A stretch of DNA of 64,000 nucleotides from IMG/VR virus record IMGVR_UViG_3300020201_000017. One strand, given 5' to 3'. This DNA is from an uncultured virus (IMG/VR IMGVR_UViG_3300020201_000017) (lineage: Duplodnaviria > Heunggongvirae > Uroviricota > Caudoviricetes). Each line of letters starts with the position of its first letter. Position 1 is the stretch's first letter. The translations under genes and the position numbers were made by a program. The notes beneath the pieces are model-generated. The model made no database searches, was not told the DNA's origin, and saw only the letters and a program-made list of their open reading frames with translations. Positions 27,114 to 37,018 of the stretch are shown one piece after another.

Positions 27114-27400
27114 AAGAAAAGCTTCTTCCTGGCATTAAAGAATATTTAGATGCAAATGATAATAATTTACCTGTTACATCTGAAAATTTAGAAGAATTAA
27201 TTTTTAAGGTTGTAGCAGGTACTGGGATGAGTTATGATCAATCTGAAGCTACCGTAAGGTTATATTTCCAAGAATTAAGAAATGAATTAATTAAAAATAA
27301 AATTATTACAATTGCCAAATTAGGTAAATTCATGATTAAAAAATATCATATAAAATTTATTCCATTTTTACCATTCAAGAGGTTTATTGATGTTAGATGA
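27104..27400 (+). CDS. Divergent HU/IHF-like DNA-binding protein
   Basis: Helix pair followed by IITIAKLGKF...KF-x-P pattern. Confidence 0.45.
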   Translation: MDVKEKLLPGIKEYLDANDNNLPVTSENLEELIFKVVAGTGMSYDQSEATVRLYFQELRNELIKNKIITIAKLGKFMIKKYHIKFIPFLPFKRFIDVR

Positions 27401-27659
27401 AATGAAAAAATTAGATTCGAGAACTTTAGCCTCCTATATTGTTGCTTATAGATATTTAAAAATAAATAAACAACGTGCTATTTTTGCAATACAAATATTA
27501 GAATTAAGAATTGAAAATGGTGAAGATTTTGATTATAACAAATATTGTAATGATGAAATTGCAAAGCTTCCTGTTTTAACTTCTATTGAAAAATTATTAA
27601 AAGCAAGCGAATCATCTCAAATGGGGTCTATAGCTGCCATGTTAAAAAAATTATTATGA
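27390..27659 (+). CDS. Hypothetical protein
   Basis: YRYL...L-x-x-R-x-x-NG-x-x-FDY. Confidence 0.65.
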   Translation: MLDEMKKLDSRTLASYIVAYRYLKINKQRAIFAIQILELRIENGEDFDYNKYCNDEIAKLPVLTSIEKLLKASESSQMGSIAAMLKKLL

Positions 27660-28141
27660 ATATCAAAGAAGAACTAACAAACAGTTTAGTGAAACATATG
27701 CTTGGTAATTTTGGATTCGTTGACCCGCCTTTATTTGGCAAGGTTGGCTTATCTGAGTTTTTGTTAAAAACAAAAGATAACATAACTATTAAATATGAAA
27801 ACGAAATAGAAAAAAAGTATCCTGTATATGCTGGGGAATTAAATTTAAAAGATGGTTTATTAAAATCAATTGGTACATATGTTCATTTTAATGATGATCC
27901 TTCTGAGTTTATAGTTTTGTTTAAATTAAATAATAATGAGATAACAGCGATTAAAAAAGTAGAAGATGAATGTTTATTTTTAACATCTAGTAATGGAGTT
28001 GATTGGGAATATGCTACAATGTATCAGAAGCTAATGGCTTGTGCAGGGCTAGAATACTTGACAAATACTGGTTACAATTGGTCACCTTGCTTAAGTTATT
28101 TAGATTTAATGCAACCTCTTAGAGAAATCGTTGAATTATAA
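27656..28141 (+). CDS. Hypothetical protein
   Basis: 161-aa ORF, ATGA overlap. Confidence 0.65.
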   Translation: MNIKEELTNSLVKHMLGNFGFVDPPLFGKVGLSEFLLKTKDNITIKYENEIEKKYPVYAGELNLKDGLLKSIGTYVHFNDDPSEFIVLFKLNNNEITAIKKVEDECLFLTSSNGVDWEYATMYQKLMACAGLEYLTNTGYNWSPCLSYLDLMQPLREIVEL

Positions 28142-28155
28142 GGAGCAATTTTATA

Positions 28156-28602
28156 ATGATTGAAGAAAATTTTACTATTAATTTTATTGATAACTGCATT
28201 GCTAATAATAATGTTTCAATAAATAAAATTTGTCAAAAAGCTAAAGATGAAATTAATATTATAGATAATAAATTATTAGAGCTTAATAATTTACGAGATA
28301 TGAAGAAGAAATATAAAAATATTCTAAAAACTTTAGCTTATAAAGATGTTTTCGACAAAGTAAATAGAAAACAAGAATACGTAAATACTAATAATTTTAT
28401 TATTAAAGATGAAAATATGTCTGAAGATATATTACATTTTATTAAAAATAATAATAATAAATTTACCGTTATGGAAATTTTTAAAAAACTATCTGTTGAG
28501 CCGGTAAAACAAAATTGGTTTATAAAAACTATGCAGGGATTAATGATGGCTGAGAGCATCAGTAAAGATCAAAAAACTAATCTTGTTAAAATCAATGAAT
28601 AA
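28156..28602 (+). CDS. Coiled-coil hypothetical protein
   Basis: AAGGAG RBS. Confidence 0.65.
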   Translation: MIEENFTINFIDNCIANNNVSINKICQKAKDEINIIDNKLLELNNLRDMKKKYKNILKTLAYKDVFDKVNRKQEYVNTNNFIIKDENMSEDILHFIKNNNNKFTVMEIFKKLSVEPVKQNWFIKTMQGLMMAESISKDQKTNLVKINE

Positions 28603-28885
28603 TAAAGCAACAAAATTTACTATTATTAATAATATATGGAAGAGAACTGGAAAAGTAATCCCAAGAATGCAGATACGTGATGCTGCAACAATAATAGAAA
28701 ACTACATAAGCGATGAGATTAGAAATAAAAGATCTTTAACAGTTGAAAATTTTGGAACATTTTCTCCAAAAATTATGACTTTTAAAATTCCAAGTTCTGA
28801 TAAAAACATAGCTCACAGAATGATATTTATCATTCATGGTAAGTTCAAAATAATATTAAAAAATATCAAGAAAGAATTTGGTTAA
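28595..28885 (+). CDS. Divergent HU/IHF-like DNA-binding protein
   Basis: SLTVENFGTFS motif matching HU V-x-L-x-GFGTF. Confidence 0.55.
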   Translation: MNNKATKFTIINNIWKRTGKVIPRMQIRDAATIIENYISDEIRNKRSLTVENFGTFSPKIMTFKIPSSDKNIAHRMIFIIHGKFKIILKNIKKEFG

Positions 28886-29481
28886 TGATTGAAGAAAAAA
28901 ATATAGACACTTTTTTAATTTGCTCATCTTCTGATGGAAGTATTTTAAATAAAAAAATTAAAATTAATTTAGAAAAATATAAAAATTCTAAAGATATCAT
29001 AAAAACTACAGAAGATTACCTAGCTAATAAATTTAAAAAACAATTTATTTCTTTTGGACCATTTATAAACTCAAGTGATAATGAGCAAAAATATTTTATT
29101 TGCTCTGTTAATAATAACGGAAATGTAATTTCTAAAAAGTTAAAATTAACTAATAAAACATTATCTTCTAAGCAACAGATTTTAAATGTAAGAAAGTTTT
29201 TTATTAATAAATTTAGTTTAGAACCTGAAATTGTTGGGCCATTACAACACTATATTTATACATATAGTGAAGATTTACAATGTAACGAAGAATTAACAGC
29301 TGAAAGTGTAACTTTAAGACCTGAAAAAGTATGTGGTTATTATAATAATCATAAAATAATTGGTTATCATATAAATGAGGACCCTGATATATTATATGTA
29401 ATTTTTCCTCAAAACAATAATACAAGCAAAATATCTCCAAAACTATTAAAAATAAAAGAAATTTTAAAGGAACAACCATGA
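28885..29481 (+). CDS. Hypothetical protein with an internal duplication
   Basis: F-x-ICS...SKK-x-K...GP(F/L)-like unit occurs twice. Confidence 0.6.
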   Translation: MIEEKNIDTFLICSSSDGSILNKKIKINLEKYKNSKDIIKTTEDYLANKFKKQFISFGPFINSSDNEQKYFICSVNNNGNVISKKLKLTNKTLSSKQQILNVRKFFINKFSLEPEIVGPLQHYIYTYSEDLQCNEELTAESVTLRPEKVCGYYNNHKIIGYHINEDPDILYVIFPQNNNTSKISPKLLKIKEILKEQP

Positions 29482-29840
29482 CAAATAAACTATCTAAAAC
29501 TTCAGTTTTAGAAATTGAAAAAATATTATTAAAAGAAAAAAAGTCAGTTTTAAAGACATGTCAAGACAAAGATGGTATGGAATTTGATTGTGATGGAGAT
29601 GATGTAGATGTAATCCAGGGTAAGTTATTATCCGACATTCAAAGTAAAATTTCCACCAGAGATTTAATGAAGATTTCTAGAATAGATGCTGCTTTAGCGC
29701 GTATTGCCACCGGAACTTTTGGCGTATGTGAGGATTGTGGCTCCGATATAGGTAAGAAACGCCTGCAGGTTAAGCCTGAAGCTCACTTATGCATTGTTTG
29801 TGCAGAACGCGAAGAGGTTGAACGAAAGAGATTTATGTGA
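29478..29840 (+). CDS. dksA: DksA/TraR C4 zinc-finger protein
   Basis: GDDVD coiled-coil tip, IDAALARI-x-x-GTFG-x-CEDCG, RL-x-x-x-P-x-A-x-LCIVC. Confidence 0.88.
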   Translation: MTNKLSKTSVLEIEKILLKEKKSVLKTCQDKDGMEFDCDGDDVDVIQGKLLSDIQSKISTRDLMKISRIDAALARIATGTFGVCEDCGSDIGKKRLQVKPEAHLCIVCAEREEVERKRFM

Positions 29841-29902
29841 AATATTGATAATATTGGGATATATATTGTAACAGAGATGCTTTCTTTTACAATAAAGGCC
29901 AG

Positions 29903-30604
29903 GTGTATTGCATATATAAATTAACATGCTTAAATACAGGTAAGTTTTATTTTGGGCAGACAAAAAATTATCAACATAGAATGAGTTGTCATAAAGATTC
30001 TATTTATATAAAAGATGCTAAAAGAAAAACCAGAGTTGGTAATTCTATCATTAAATACGGATGGAATAATTTTATATCTGAGATAATAATTGAAAATTTA
30101 ACAATACAATTGGCTAATGATATAGAGACATACTTAATTGCATTTTTTAATTCTACCAATAAGAATATCGGGCTTAACATTAGAGCCGGTGGTAATAATT
30201 CTAAACATTCAGAAGAGACTAGAAAAAAAATATCAGAAGCAAAACTAGGGACCAAGCAATCTGATCAAACAAAACTGAAAAGATCTGCTAGTTTAAAAGG
30301 TAGGGTTTCACCCATGAGGGGTAGAAAACAAAGCCTAAAAAGCATTCATATTTCATCTGAAAAAGCTAAAGGCAATGAAATATCATTAAATATAAAAAGG
30401 GTCAATTCTTCTTCAGCTTATTATGGTGTATCATATGATAAATCTGTGAATCGTTGGAGCGCTCAGCTTAAAGATAAAAGAAAATATAAAAAAATTGGTG
30501 TGTATAAAACAGAAGTTGAGGCGGCAGCAGCTTATAACAAATATATTACAACTCATAATTTAATTAATCGTTTTTTAAATGTTCTAATAGATAATCAACC
30601 TTAA
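29903..30604 (+). CDS. Free-standing GIY-YIG homing endonuclease with NUMOD3 and AP2-like domains
   Basis: CIYKLT...FYFGQT; HSEETRKKISEA; YYGVS...W-x-AQ...G-x-Y-x-TE-x-EAA-x-AYN. Confidence 0.85.
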   Translation: MYCIYKLTCLNTGKFYFGQTKNYQHRMSCHKDSIYIKDAKRKTRVGNSIIKYGWNNFISEIIIENLTIQLANDIETYLIAFFNSTNKNIGLNIRAGGNNSKHSEETRKKISEAKLGTKQSDQTKLKRSASLKGRVSPMRGRKQSLKSIHISSEKAKGNEISLNIKRVNSSSAYYGVSYDKSVNRWSAQLKDKRKYKKIGVYKTEVEAAAAYNKYITTHNLINRFLNVLIDNQP

Positions 30605-30618
30605 ATTTAGGATTTATT

Positions 30619-31332
30619 ATGAGAGACAAATATAAAAATATTGAATCAGCAATTATAGAAAAAACAAAAGATGGTGATGTTTATTATAATGTATTTTCAA
30701 GATTGGTTAAAGATAGGATTATATTTTTAAGTGATGAAATAGATGCTGAAGTTGCAACAACAATAGCTGCAACTATGTTTTATTTAGATCATCAAGATTG
30801 TAAGAAGGATATAACTTTATATATAAATACTCCTGGAGGAACAGTATCAGATGGCTTATTGACCATCTATGATACTATGCAATTTATAAAATCACCAGTT
30901 AAAACAATTTGTATTGGCGAGGCTTACTCTGCCGGGGCCGTTGTGCTAGCATCAGGATCGCCAGGAAAAAGACTGGCCTTTCCAAATGCAAAAGTAATGA
31001 TCCACGGTTTACAAATTGGAGGGTTAAGAGGGAGCGCTGTTGATATCGCTATTGAGGCTGCAGAAATTGCAAGACAAAACATAGCTTTAGCAGAAATTTT
31101 GGCTAGACATACAGGTAAACCTATAGAGCAAGTTCTTTCTGATATTAAAACAGATCGTTATTTGACGGCACAAGAAGCTTTAGATTATGGGTTAATAGAT
31201 GCTATTGTTAGCCCAAGCAAACAAATTCCAAAATTAATTTCAGAATCAATCATAGCTTTACCAATAGCTAAAGTTTTAAAAATTCCAACCAAAAAAGCCG
31301 CTATAAAACCTAAAAGAGTAAATAAAATATGA
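30619..31332 (+). CDS. clpP: ATP-dependent Clp protease proteolytic subunit
   Basis: FSRLVKDRIIFL, YINTPGG, catalytic S (AYSAG), H (MIHG), D (DRY). Confidence 0.95.
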   Translation: MRDKYKNIESAIIEKTKDGDVYYNVFSRLVKDRIIFLSDEIDAEVATTIAATMFYLDHQDCKKDITLYINTPGGTVSDGLLTIYDTMQFIKSPVKTICIGEAYSAGAVVLASGSPGKRLAFPNAKVMIHGLQIGGLRGSAVDIAIEAAEIARQNIALAEILARHTGKPIEQVLSDIKTDRYLTAQEALDYGLIDAIVSPSKQIPKLISESIIALPIAKVLKIPTKKAAIKPKRVNKI

Positions 31333-31694
31333 GTTTCTTTGATGCAAGAGCAAAAACACTATTGTTACAAAAAATACTTGGTAAAAGATGTCAAAATTGT
31401 TATCAGCAGTTTTCAAAAAACGTATTGATAGCAACTGTTAACCAGTGGATTACTAATAAATTATTTACCAGATATAATGGGAAACAGTTAAGAAGTCATA
31501 AACCTATTAAAAGAGACTCTAAATATTTAACAAAAGAGACGTATGGTGGCAGGCCGGTGAAAATAGAACATTATTTACTTTGTAAAACAAAAACTGTCGG
31601 TAATGTAATCGAGTTAGAGATTCAGTGCACATGTTGTTTTTATTCACAAGTAACAGAGATAGATAAAGAATTTTTAGGAAAATCATTAAAATGA
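31329..31694 (+). CDS. Hypothetical CxxC protein
   Basis: CQNC ... CTCC. Confidence 0.55.
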   Translation: MSFFDARAKTLLLQKILGKRCQNCYQQFSKNVLIATVNQWITNKLFTRYNGKQLRSHKPIKRDSKYLTKETYGGRPVKIEHYLLCKTKTVGNVIELEIQCTCCFYSQVTEIDKEFLGKSLK

Positions 31695-31978
31695 TTACCG
31701 TTTGTTATAATGCAATATTTTATTATTTTAAGGACGAGAGTGAATTTTCATATTGGAAAATGCAACAATCTGCCAATGCATTATATTTTGTAATTGATCC
31801 TATTGAATATGAAGTCACCGAGTCAGAATTATTAACAATTACTATTGTTGATTTGGAAGACCCTACAAAAAAATATAGTGAACGCCCAATTTGTATATTT
31901 TGCGATGAAGGCCCTGTCTTTAAAGATGAAAATAATTTTTGCCCTGTTTGCAGCTCCATAAGTATCTTTGCCCAATGA
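31691..31978 (+). CDS. Hypothetical protein with a C-terminal zinc ribbon
   Basis: CIFC...CPVC. Confidence 0.6.
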   Translation: MITVCYNAIFYYFKDESEFSYWKMQQSANALYFVIDPIEYEVTESELLTITIVDLEDPTKKYSERPICIFCDEGPVFKDENNFCPVCSSISIFAQ

Positions 31979-32502
31979 ATAATGTATTTAAAATTATAGA
32001 TATTGTAATAAAATATAAAGGAGCTGTTTACGGCGGTTTTGTTAGAGATATGTTGGCTAACAGGCCTTTTAACGATATTGATATTTGGTTTAAATGTTTA
32101 GAAGATAAATTAAAATTTGAAACACAATTACAAGCAGAGTATCAGTGTTCAATTACTTCTGTTGAATGGGAAAATGATAAATATTTCAGTCCAGCAGATC
32201 ATTCAAAAATAATTATTTTAGATGAGAAATTCGGATTTACTCTAGATGTTTTAGTTATAGATACAGATTCTTTTTTCACAAAACATAAGCCTGATGTCAA
32301 TGTTAACAGATTATATATTTCAAAAGATGGTATTAAAACTTATTGTACAAGTTACTCAGCATTTGATATCATAAAGAGTATTAAAAATAATCATATCACA
32401 CCAGAAATAAATTGTAAATCTATTAAAAAGAGAGTTGGTAAGTTACTAGATAAAGGTTGGGAGATGAACCCTGAATTACTAATTAAAGAAATTATTGAAT
32501 AA
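31975..32502 (+). CDS. Nucleotidyltransferase (CCA/poly(A) polymerase head-like)
   Basis: YGGFVRDML...FNDIDIW; D-x-x-VN-x-L; ends LIKEIIE. Confidence 0.75.
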   Translation: MNNVFKIIDIVIKYKGAVYGGFVRDMLANRPFNDIDIWFKCLEDKLKFETQLQAEYQCSITSVEWENDKYFSPADHSKIIILDEKFGFTLDVLVIDTDSFFTKHKPDVNVNRLYISKDGIKTYCTSYSAFDIIKSIKNNHITPEINCKSIKKRVGKLLDKGWEMNPELLIKEIIE

Positions 32503-32516
32503 TTTAACATATTAAT
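32498..32516 (+). promoter_or_regulatory. Recurrent 19-bp AT-rich motif (candidate phage-specific promoter)
   Basis: AATAATTTAACATATTAAT directly before ATG; near-copies at 46812, 49967, 53983. Confidence 0.45.
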
Positions 32517-32828
32517 ATGGAAAAAATATCTCGTTCAAAATCAAAAGACCAGGCGCAGGAATCTTTGAGAAGCAAAAAAGATTCTTGGAACTCTGATGCA
32601 TCTGCTTTGATTGCGCAATTAATTGCATTTAAACGTGGATTTAATGGGCGAGGTGACCCAAAAGCTGGTATCCCTCCAGGCAGAATTAAAGATCCTTTAC
32701 CTTCCCAGGTTGGATCCTACCTCGATCAAATGGCATCTAGCTTTAACACTTTAGTTAATGAAGCTCAAAGTATAATTAATGAACAAGCTAATTATTCTAA
32801 TACTAGAAAAAAACCTAGGACTGAGTGA
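32517..32828 (+). CDS. Hypothetical protein
   Basis: 103 aa. Confidence 0.7.
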   Translation: MEKISRSKSKDQAQESLRSKKDSWNSDASALIAQLIAFKRGFNGRGDPKAGIPPGRIKDPLPSQVGSYLDQMASSFNTLVNEAQSIINEQANYSNTRKKPRTE

Positions 32829-33217
32829 AAAACGATTATGTTATTATAAATAATAAAAAATATTCTGTTACTTATGCTGTAACAGAAGCTGAGCAAATGC
32901 AAGGATTAATGTATTTAGAGGCTAATGTTCCAAACATGGTGTTTCCTCAAAAAAAAGCAAAAGTACAAAAATTTTGGATGAAAGACACAAAGGTTCCGTT
33001 AGATATTATATTTTGTAGAGACAATAAAATTATACATATTGCTTTTGGGAGACCAATGTGTTTAGATCTGTTAGGACCTGAATCACCATCTGATTTAATT
33101 ATAGAATTCCCAACTGGTGTGGTGAAAGAAAATAAAATTAATATTGGTGATAAAATTAATTTAAAATATTCTATTCAGACAATATCAAAAATATTAAAAA
33201 ACAGTTATAATCTTTAA
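32825..33217 (+). CDS. DUF192 family protein
   Basis: A-x-T-x-x-E-x-x-x-GLM, FWMKDT-x-x-PLDIIF, IE-x-P-x-G. Confidence 0.9.
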   Translation: MKNDYVIINNKKYSVTYAVTEAEQMQGLMYLEANVPNMVFPQKKAKVQKFWMKDTKVPLDIIFCRDNKIIHIAFGRPMCLDLLGPESPSDLIIEFPTGVVKENKINIGDKINLKYSIQTISKILKNSYNL

Positions 33218-33238
33218 TTTATTCAAATATAAAAAACA

Positions 33239-33267
33239 TTGACTTATGGCAAAAATGGTGATATGAT
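33239..33267 (+). promoter_or_regulatory. Sigma70-type promoter, probably leaderless for the FtsK-like gene
   Basis: TTGACT-N17-TATGAT with TG extension; ATG 6 nt after the -10. Confidence 0.7.
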
Positions 33268-33273
33268 GTTTGT

Positions 33274-34299
33274 ATGTTTGAAAACACTGGTAAGATTAAT
33301 CAAATTTTAAGTAGTCTTAATATTAAAGCTAATTGTATTGAGGCAGCTCAGCATAGACATATTCTTTCATGTAAGTTACATTTAAGTGTTGGTCAAAGGG
33401 TTCGCAAGCTAGAGATGTATTCTCGTGAGCTTGGTTTAGCAATGCAATCTATTGAGGCTCCAACAATTTCTATGGATTCAAAAAACGGACATGTTATGTT
33501 GCAATTTGCAATGAAAAACGCTGACGTTTTATTGTTTGATGATATTTATAAAAAAGCAAAACAACCTGATGGTTTGTTGCCATTTTTGTTTGGTGAGTGT
33601 GGCGACGGTACTAGTATGTGGGTTGATATGGCTTTGAATCCGCATATGCTCATTGCTGGTGGCACCGGATCTGGAAAGTCAACATTGCTCCATGTAATTG
33701 TAGCAAATGCACTGCGCCGCGATGACGTGTGGCTCAATTTGGTTGACCCTAAAAACGGCGTAGAGTTTGGGGTTTATGAAAATAATAACGCTAATGTTGT
33801 AAATAATTATGCTGACACTATTGATATGTTAGAAAGCCTCCAGATTGAGATGGAAAAGCGCTATAAAATATTACGTAATGCTGGTGTACAAGGGATCCAG
33901 CAAAGCCCTTATATATTTCCAAAAATTCTTACGGTTATTGATGAGGCTGCAGATTTAATGTTGCAAGATAAAAATAAAAAAAATATTCATAAGGGGCGCT
34001 TCGAAGAATTACTTTGTATGATTGCTCAGAAATCTCGTGCTGTTGGCATTTATCTTGTGTTGGCAACTCAGCGTCCAAGCGTTGATGTTATCACAGGTTT
34101 GATTAAAGCCAATTTCCCAGCTCGGTTGGCTTGCAAAGTTAGTTCCTCAACAGATTCTAAAGTTATTTTAGATCAAACAGGAGCCGAGTCACTTTTGGGA
34201 CGTGGTGATGCTATTATTAATAATTACAATAATAACTATACGCGATTCCAGGTTGCATATACAACTCCGGATGAAGTATCACAAGCACAAGTGGCATAA
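33274..34299 (+). CDS. FtsK/SpoIIIE-family DNA translocase, motor domain only
   Basis: PHMLIAGGTGSGKS, VDPK, IDE-x-ADLM, LATQRPS, GAE-x-LLGRGD. Confidence 0.92.
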   Translation: MFENTGKINQILSSLNIKANCIEAAQHRHILSCKLHLSVGQRVRKLEMYSRELGLAMQSIEAPTISMDSKNGHVMLQFAMKNADVLLFDDIYKKAKQPDGLLPFLFGECGDGTSMWVDMALNPHMLIAGGTGSGKSTLLHVIVANALRRDDVWLNLVDPKNGVEFGVYENNNANVVNNYADTIDMLESLQIEMEKRYKILRNAGVQGIQQSPYIFPKILTVIDEAADLMLQDKNKKNIHKGRFEELLCMIAQKSRAVGIYLVLATQRPSVDVITGLIKANFPARLACKVSSSTDSKVILDQTGAESLLGRGDAIINNYNNNYTRFQVAYTTPDEVSQAQVA

Positions 34300-35733
34300 A
34301 TGATTATACAAGAACTGAATAATATTGAAAATGAAGTTACAGAATATCAATTAAAACAATATATTGATCCTTTATTTTTATTTTTTAAAGATAAAATAAA
34401 TGATTTATATTATAATACACATAAGTCTGAAGCTCGTAATGATATTGCTAAAAAATCTTTTGAAGAAAAGATGAAAATTGAAATCTTAGATGCCCTAAAT
34501 AGATTTTTTATTAAAAAAAGATATCAGTTCTCAGATAGGAACATACATAGTTATTTAATTACGGTTATTGATCGGTTAAGTAAAAAAGTATATTGGGATT
34601 TGAATTTAACTGCCAAGCGTTCGGCAAAATTAGTTTGTCCTGCTTGCAAGTTTTTAAATGTCAAAAGTTTTTTGGTTAAAAATAATAATCTTTATGAATG
34701 CTTAATATGTGAAAATGAAATCATTAATGATCAAAAATTAATTGATAATGACATTAGTAATAAATTTAATGTAGAGCCAAAAATTAAATTAAGAAAATGT
34801 TTTCAAAAACACTCTAAGATAGGCTATGGTTGTTTAGATTGTAAAAAGTTTATCCCTGATTCATTAGTTTATAATGAAGTTATATTTTGTCCATATTTAG
34901 ATTGCTGTTTTGTTTCTAACATTTCAGAATTATCACGTATGGCTCACCCATTATCTATGGAAGTTCAGAAAAAAGTTTTATCTTTAGAAATGGATGCTGA
35001 TAGTGCTAAAAAAGAAAAACTCATAGATGAAATAAAAAACTCATCTATGATTTCTAATAGTAGCATGGAAGTTAATGAAGAGATTCGTGAAAACATATAT
35101 TTATTAAAAAGCATTATTAATAAAATATACAAAAAAGTTGAAACAAGTAATAAAATTTCAAACATTCAAAGAAAACAAATGTGTTTGGCTTATTTAAATA
35201 TTTTAGCTGAATTTCCTCAAGAAATGGTATCATATCTTATATATAGAAGCCATTCTTATGGAATACCAATTCAATCATTTATATTTCAACAATATGTTTT
35301 AAATATAAATAAAATAATACCATTCAATTACTTTAAAAACAATAAAGAGCAAACTATATGTTCTGTTTTAGATAAGGATTTAAATTTATTTTGGGGTGTA
35401 AGTGAGTTTGAAACTGAAGTTAATAATAAAAACATTATACCTAATAAAACAAAAGAGCTTTATATTGGTGGAAATGATATGAAAAACTATGGCCCATGCT
35501 ATTTTGGTGAAATATTAAATATAACCGATTTAAGTACAAATTTATCGATAACAGATCAGGTTCAGCACACTACTTTTAGTAAAATTGTTATGAATAAATG
35601 CGTTGAACCTGGAACAAAGGTTTATGTTAAGCATCACAGGATCCCTTCTCACTATGAGCTGGGATCATTAGTAACATTACAAAGATTAAGAAAAATTATT
35701 GTTGATAATGTTAAAAAACAAAAGGATTTATAA
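34300..35733 (+). CDS. Large hypothetical protein with several CxxC pairs
   Basis: CPAC, CLIC, CLDC, CPYLDC. Confidence 0.7.
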   Translation: MIIQELNNIENEVTEYQLKQYIDPLFLFFKDKINDLYYNTHKSEARNDIAKKSFEEKMKIEILDALNRFFIKKRYQFSDRNIHSYLITVIDRLSKKVYWDLNLTAKRSAKLVCPACKFLNVKSFLVKNNNLYECLICENEIINDQKLIDNDISNKFNVEPKIKLRKCFQKHSKIGYGCLDCKKFIPDSLVYNEVIFCPYLDCCFVSNISELSRMAHPLSMEVQKKVLSLEMDADSAKKEKLIDEIKNSSMISNSSMEVNEEIRENIYLLKSIINKIYKKVETSNKISNIQRKQMCLAYLNILAEFPQEMVSYLIYRSHSYGIPIQSFIFQQYVLNINKIIPFNYFKNNKEQTICSVLDKDLNLFWGVSEFETEVNNKNIIPNKTKELYIGGNDMKNYGPCYFGEILNITDLSTNLSITDQVQHTTFSKIVMNKCVEPGTKVYVKHHRIPSHYELGSLVTLQRLRKIIVDNVKKQKDL

Positions 35734-36438
35734 ATGAGGTTGTTATTAGTAATTCAAAACTTGAGTCCGGTAGAAGATTTATCTTGTGATGAACTTGATA
35801 AGATCAAACCAATTGCAGAGAGTATAGGAACTTATTATAAGAATATATACCCTTATTTATTTGACACTAACCTGTCTGCTAAAGATAAATTAAAAGAGTC
35901 AATTAATAAATCAATGAAAAGCATGCCTACTTTAGGTGGTCAAAACTTAAACGTTGGTGAAATGCTTTCAGGTTTAGTTGAACAGTTTGGTGGTACAGCT
36001 GCAATGACTTCTCCAAAAACTAAAATTAAAATATGGAACTCACCAGCTATTTCTCATAGAAGTTTGAGTAAATTATTAAAAACACATTTACTTCCATTAC
36101 AAGAATCGCTTGGTGAAAGCTTCGTTTCATCTGAAAACTTATTATTACACTCGCCAAAAAAACAAGATTATACATTTATTAATAATGACATATTGAATAT
36201 TATTAATAGAATTTATTCTTTTTTATCTTTATTAAACAATCCTCCATTGTCTTTATTAAGCAGCCCTGATAATTTTTTAATTAAAGATCATATAATTATT
36301 TGCGATAGTTTTATAGCTAAATTAATTACAATGATTGTTTGTGAACAAAATTACGAAACGGTTAATCAGGACATTAAATGGAATAACATGTCGGTTAGAC
36401 TTGTGGAAAACCTTGATAAGGGGTATATATTTGAATAA
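35734..36438 (+). CDS. Hypothetical protein
   Basis: 234 aa. Confidence 0.65.
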   Translation: MRLLLVIQNLSPVEDLSCDELDKIKPIAESIGTYYKNIYPYLFDTNLSAKDKLKESINKSMKSMPTLGGQNLNVGEMLSGLVEQFGGTAAMTSPKTKIKIWNSPAISHRSLSKLLKTHLLPLQESLGESFVSSENLLLHSPKKQDYTFINNDILNIINRIYSFLSLLNNPPLSLLSSPDNFLIKDHIIICDSFIAKLITMIVCEQNYETVNQDIKWNNMSVRLVENLDKGYIFE

Positions 36439-37018
36439 CGAAAATACTGTTTCAGATTTTGAACTTGCAAAAGTTCATGAGTTAGTAAGTTCAGTTAATA
36501 ATAGTGTTGTGACTTCAAGTAGCAATGTGTTTAATACTTCTGCTCTAACCTGGCATCAACAAAACAATTGTTCAACATTTTTTCCAAAAACAACTTCAAC
36601 GTTTACAGAATTTGCTGATGAAATGTTTATAGAAAATAATTTTGAATCAAATAGTGAAATGTTAGATTTAAATAAATTAAAGTTTATTTCAATCATTAGT
36701 AAAGATTTTAAATCAATAAAACAAATGCATAATAATAATTATATATTTGAAAATTTTTATATTTATACTATTAAATATAAAATAAATGAAAAACAATATA
36801 TAAATAAAATATCTTCTCAATATGAACCTGATAGCAAACAAACGGATCTATTATATTTTTTCTTTTTACCTCAAGCAATTTTATTACCTGAAATAAAAAA
36901 ACAAGAATTTATTGATTTAATTCAAAAATATGATAATTTTTTAAAAATAAAGAAATTAATTTTCATAACAAAAATTAAAAGTGTAGAAGAAGATTTAATT
37001 GAAAAGATTATTGAATGA
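36431..37018 (+). CDS. Hypothetical protein ending LIEKIIE
   Basis: Probable TTG start at 36431. Confidence 0.55.
   Translation: MNNENTVSDFELAKVHELVSSVNNSVVTSSSNVFNTSALTWHQQNNCSTFFPKTTSTFTEFADEMFIENNFESNSEMLDLNKLKFISIISKDFKSIKQMHNNNYIFENFYIYTIKYKINEKQYINKISSQYEPDSKQTDLLYFFFLPQAILLPEIKKQEFIDLIQKYDNFLKIKKLIFITKIKSVEEDLIEKIIE

Noticed and set aside
21673..30604. Group I introns or inteins hosting the LAGLIDADG and GIY-YIG endonucleases
   Set aside because: The flanking genes appear complete and no splice-junction or intein terminal motifs were seen, so both are treated as free-standing
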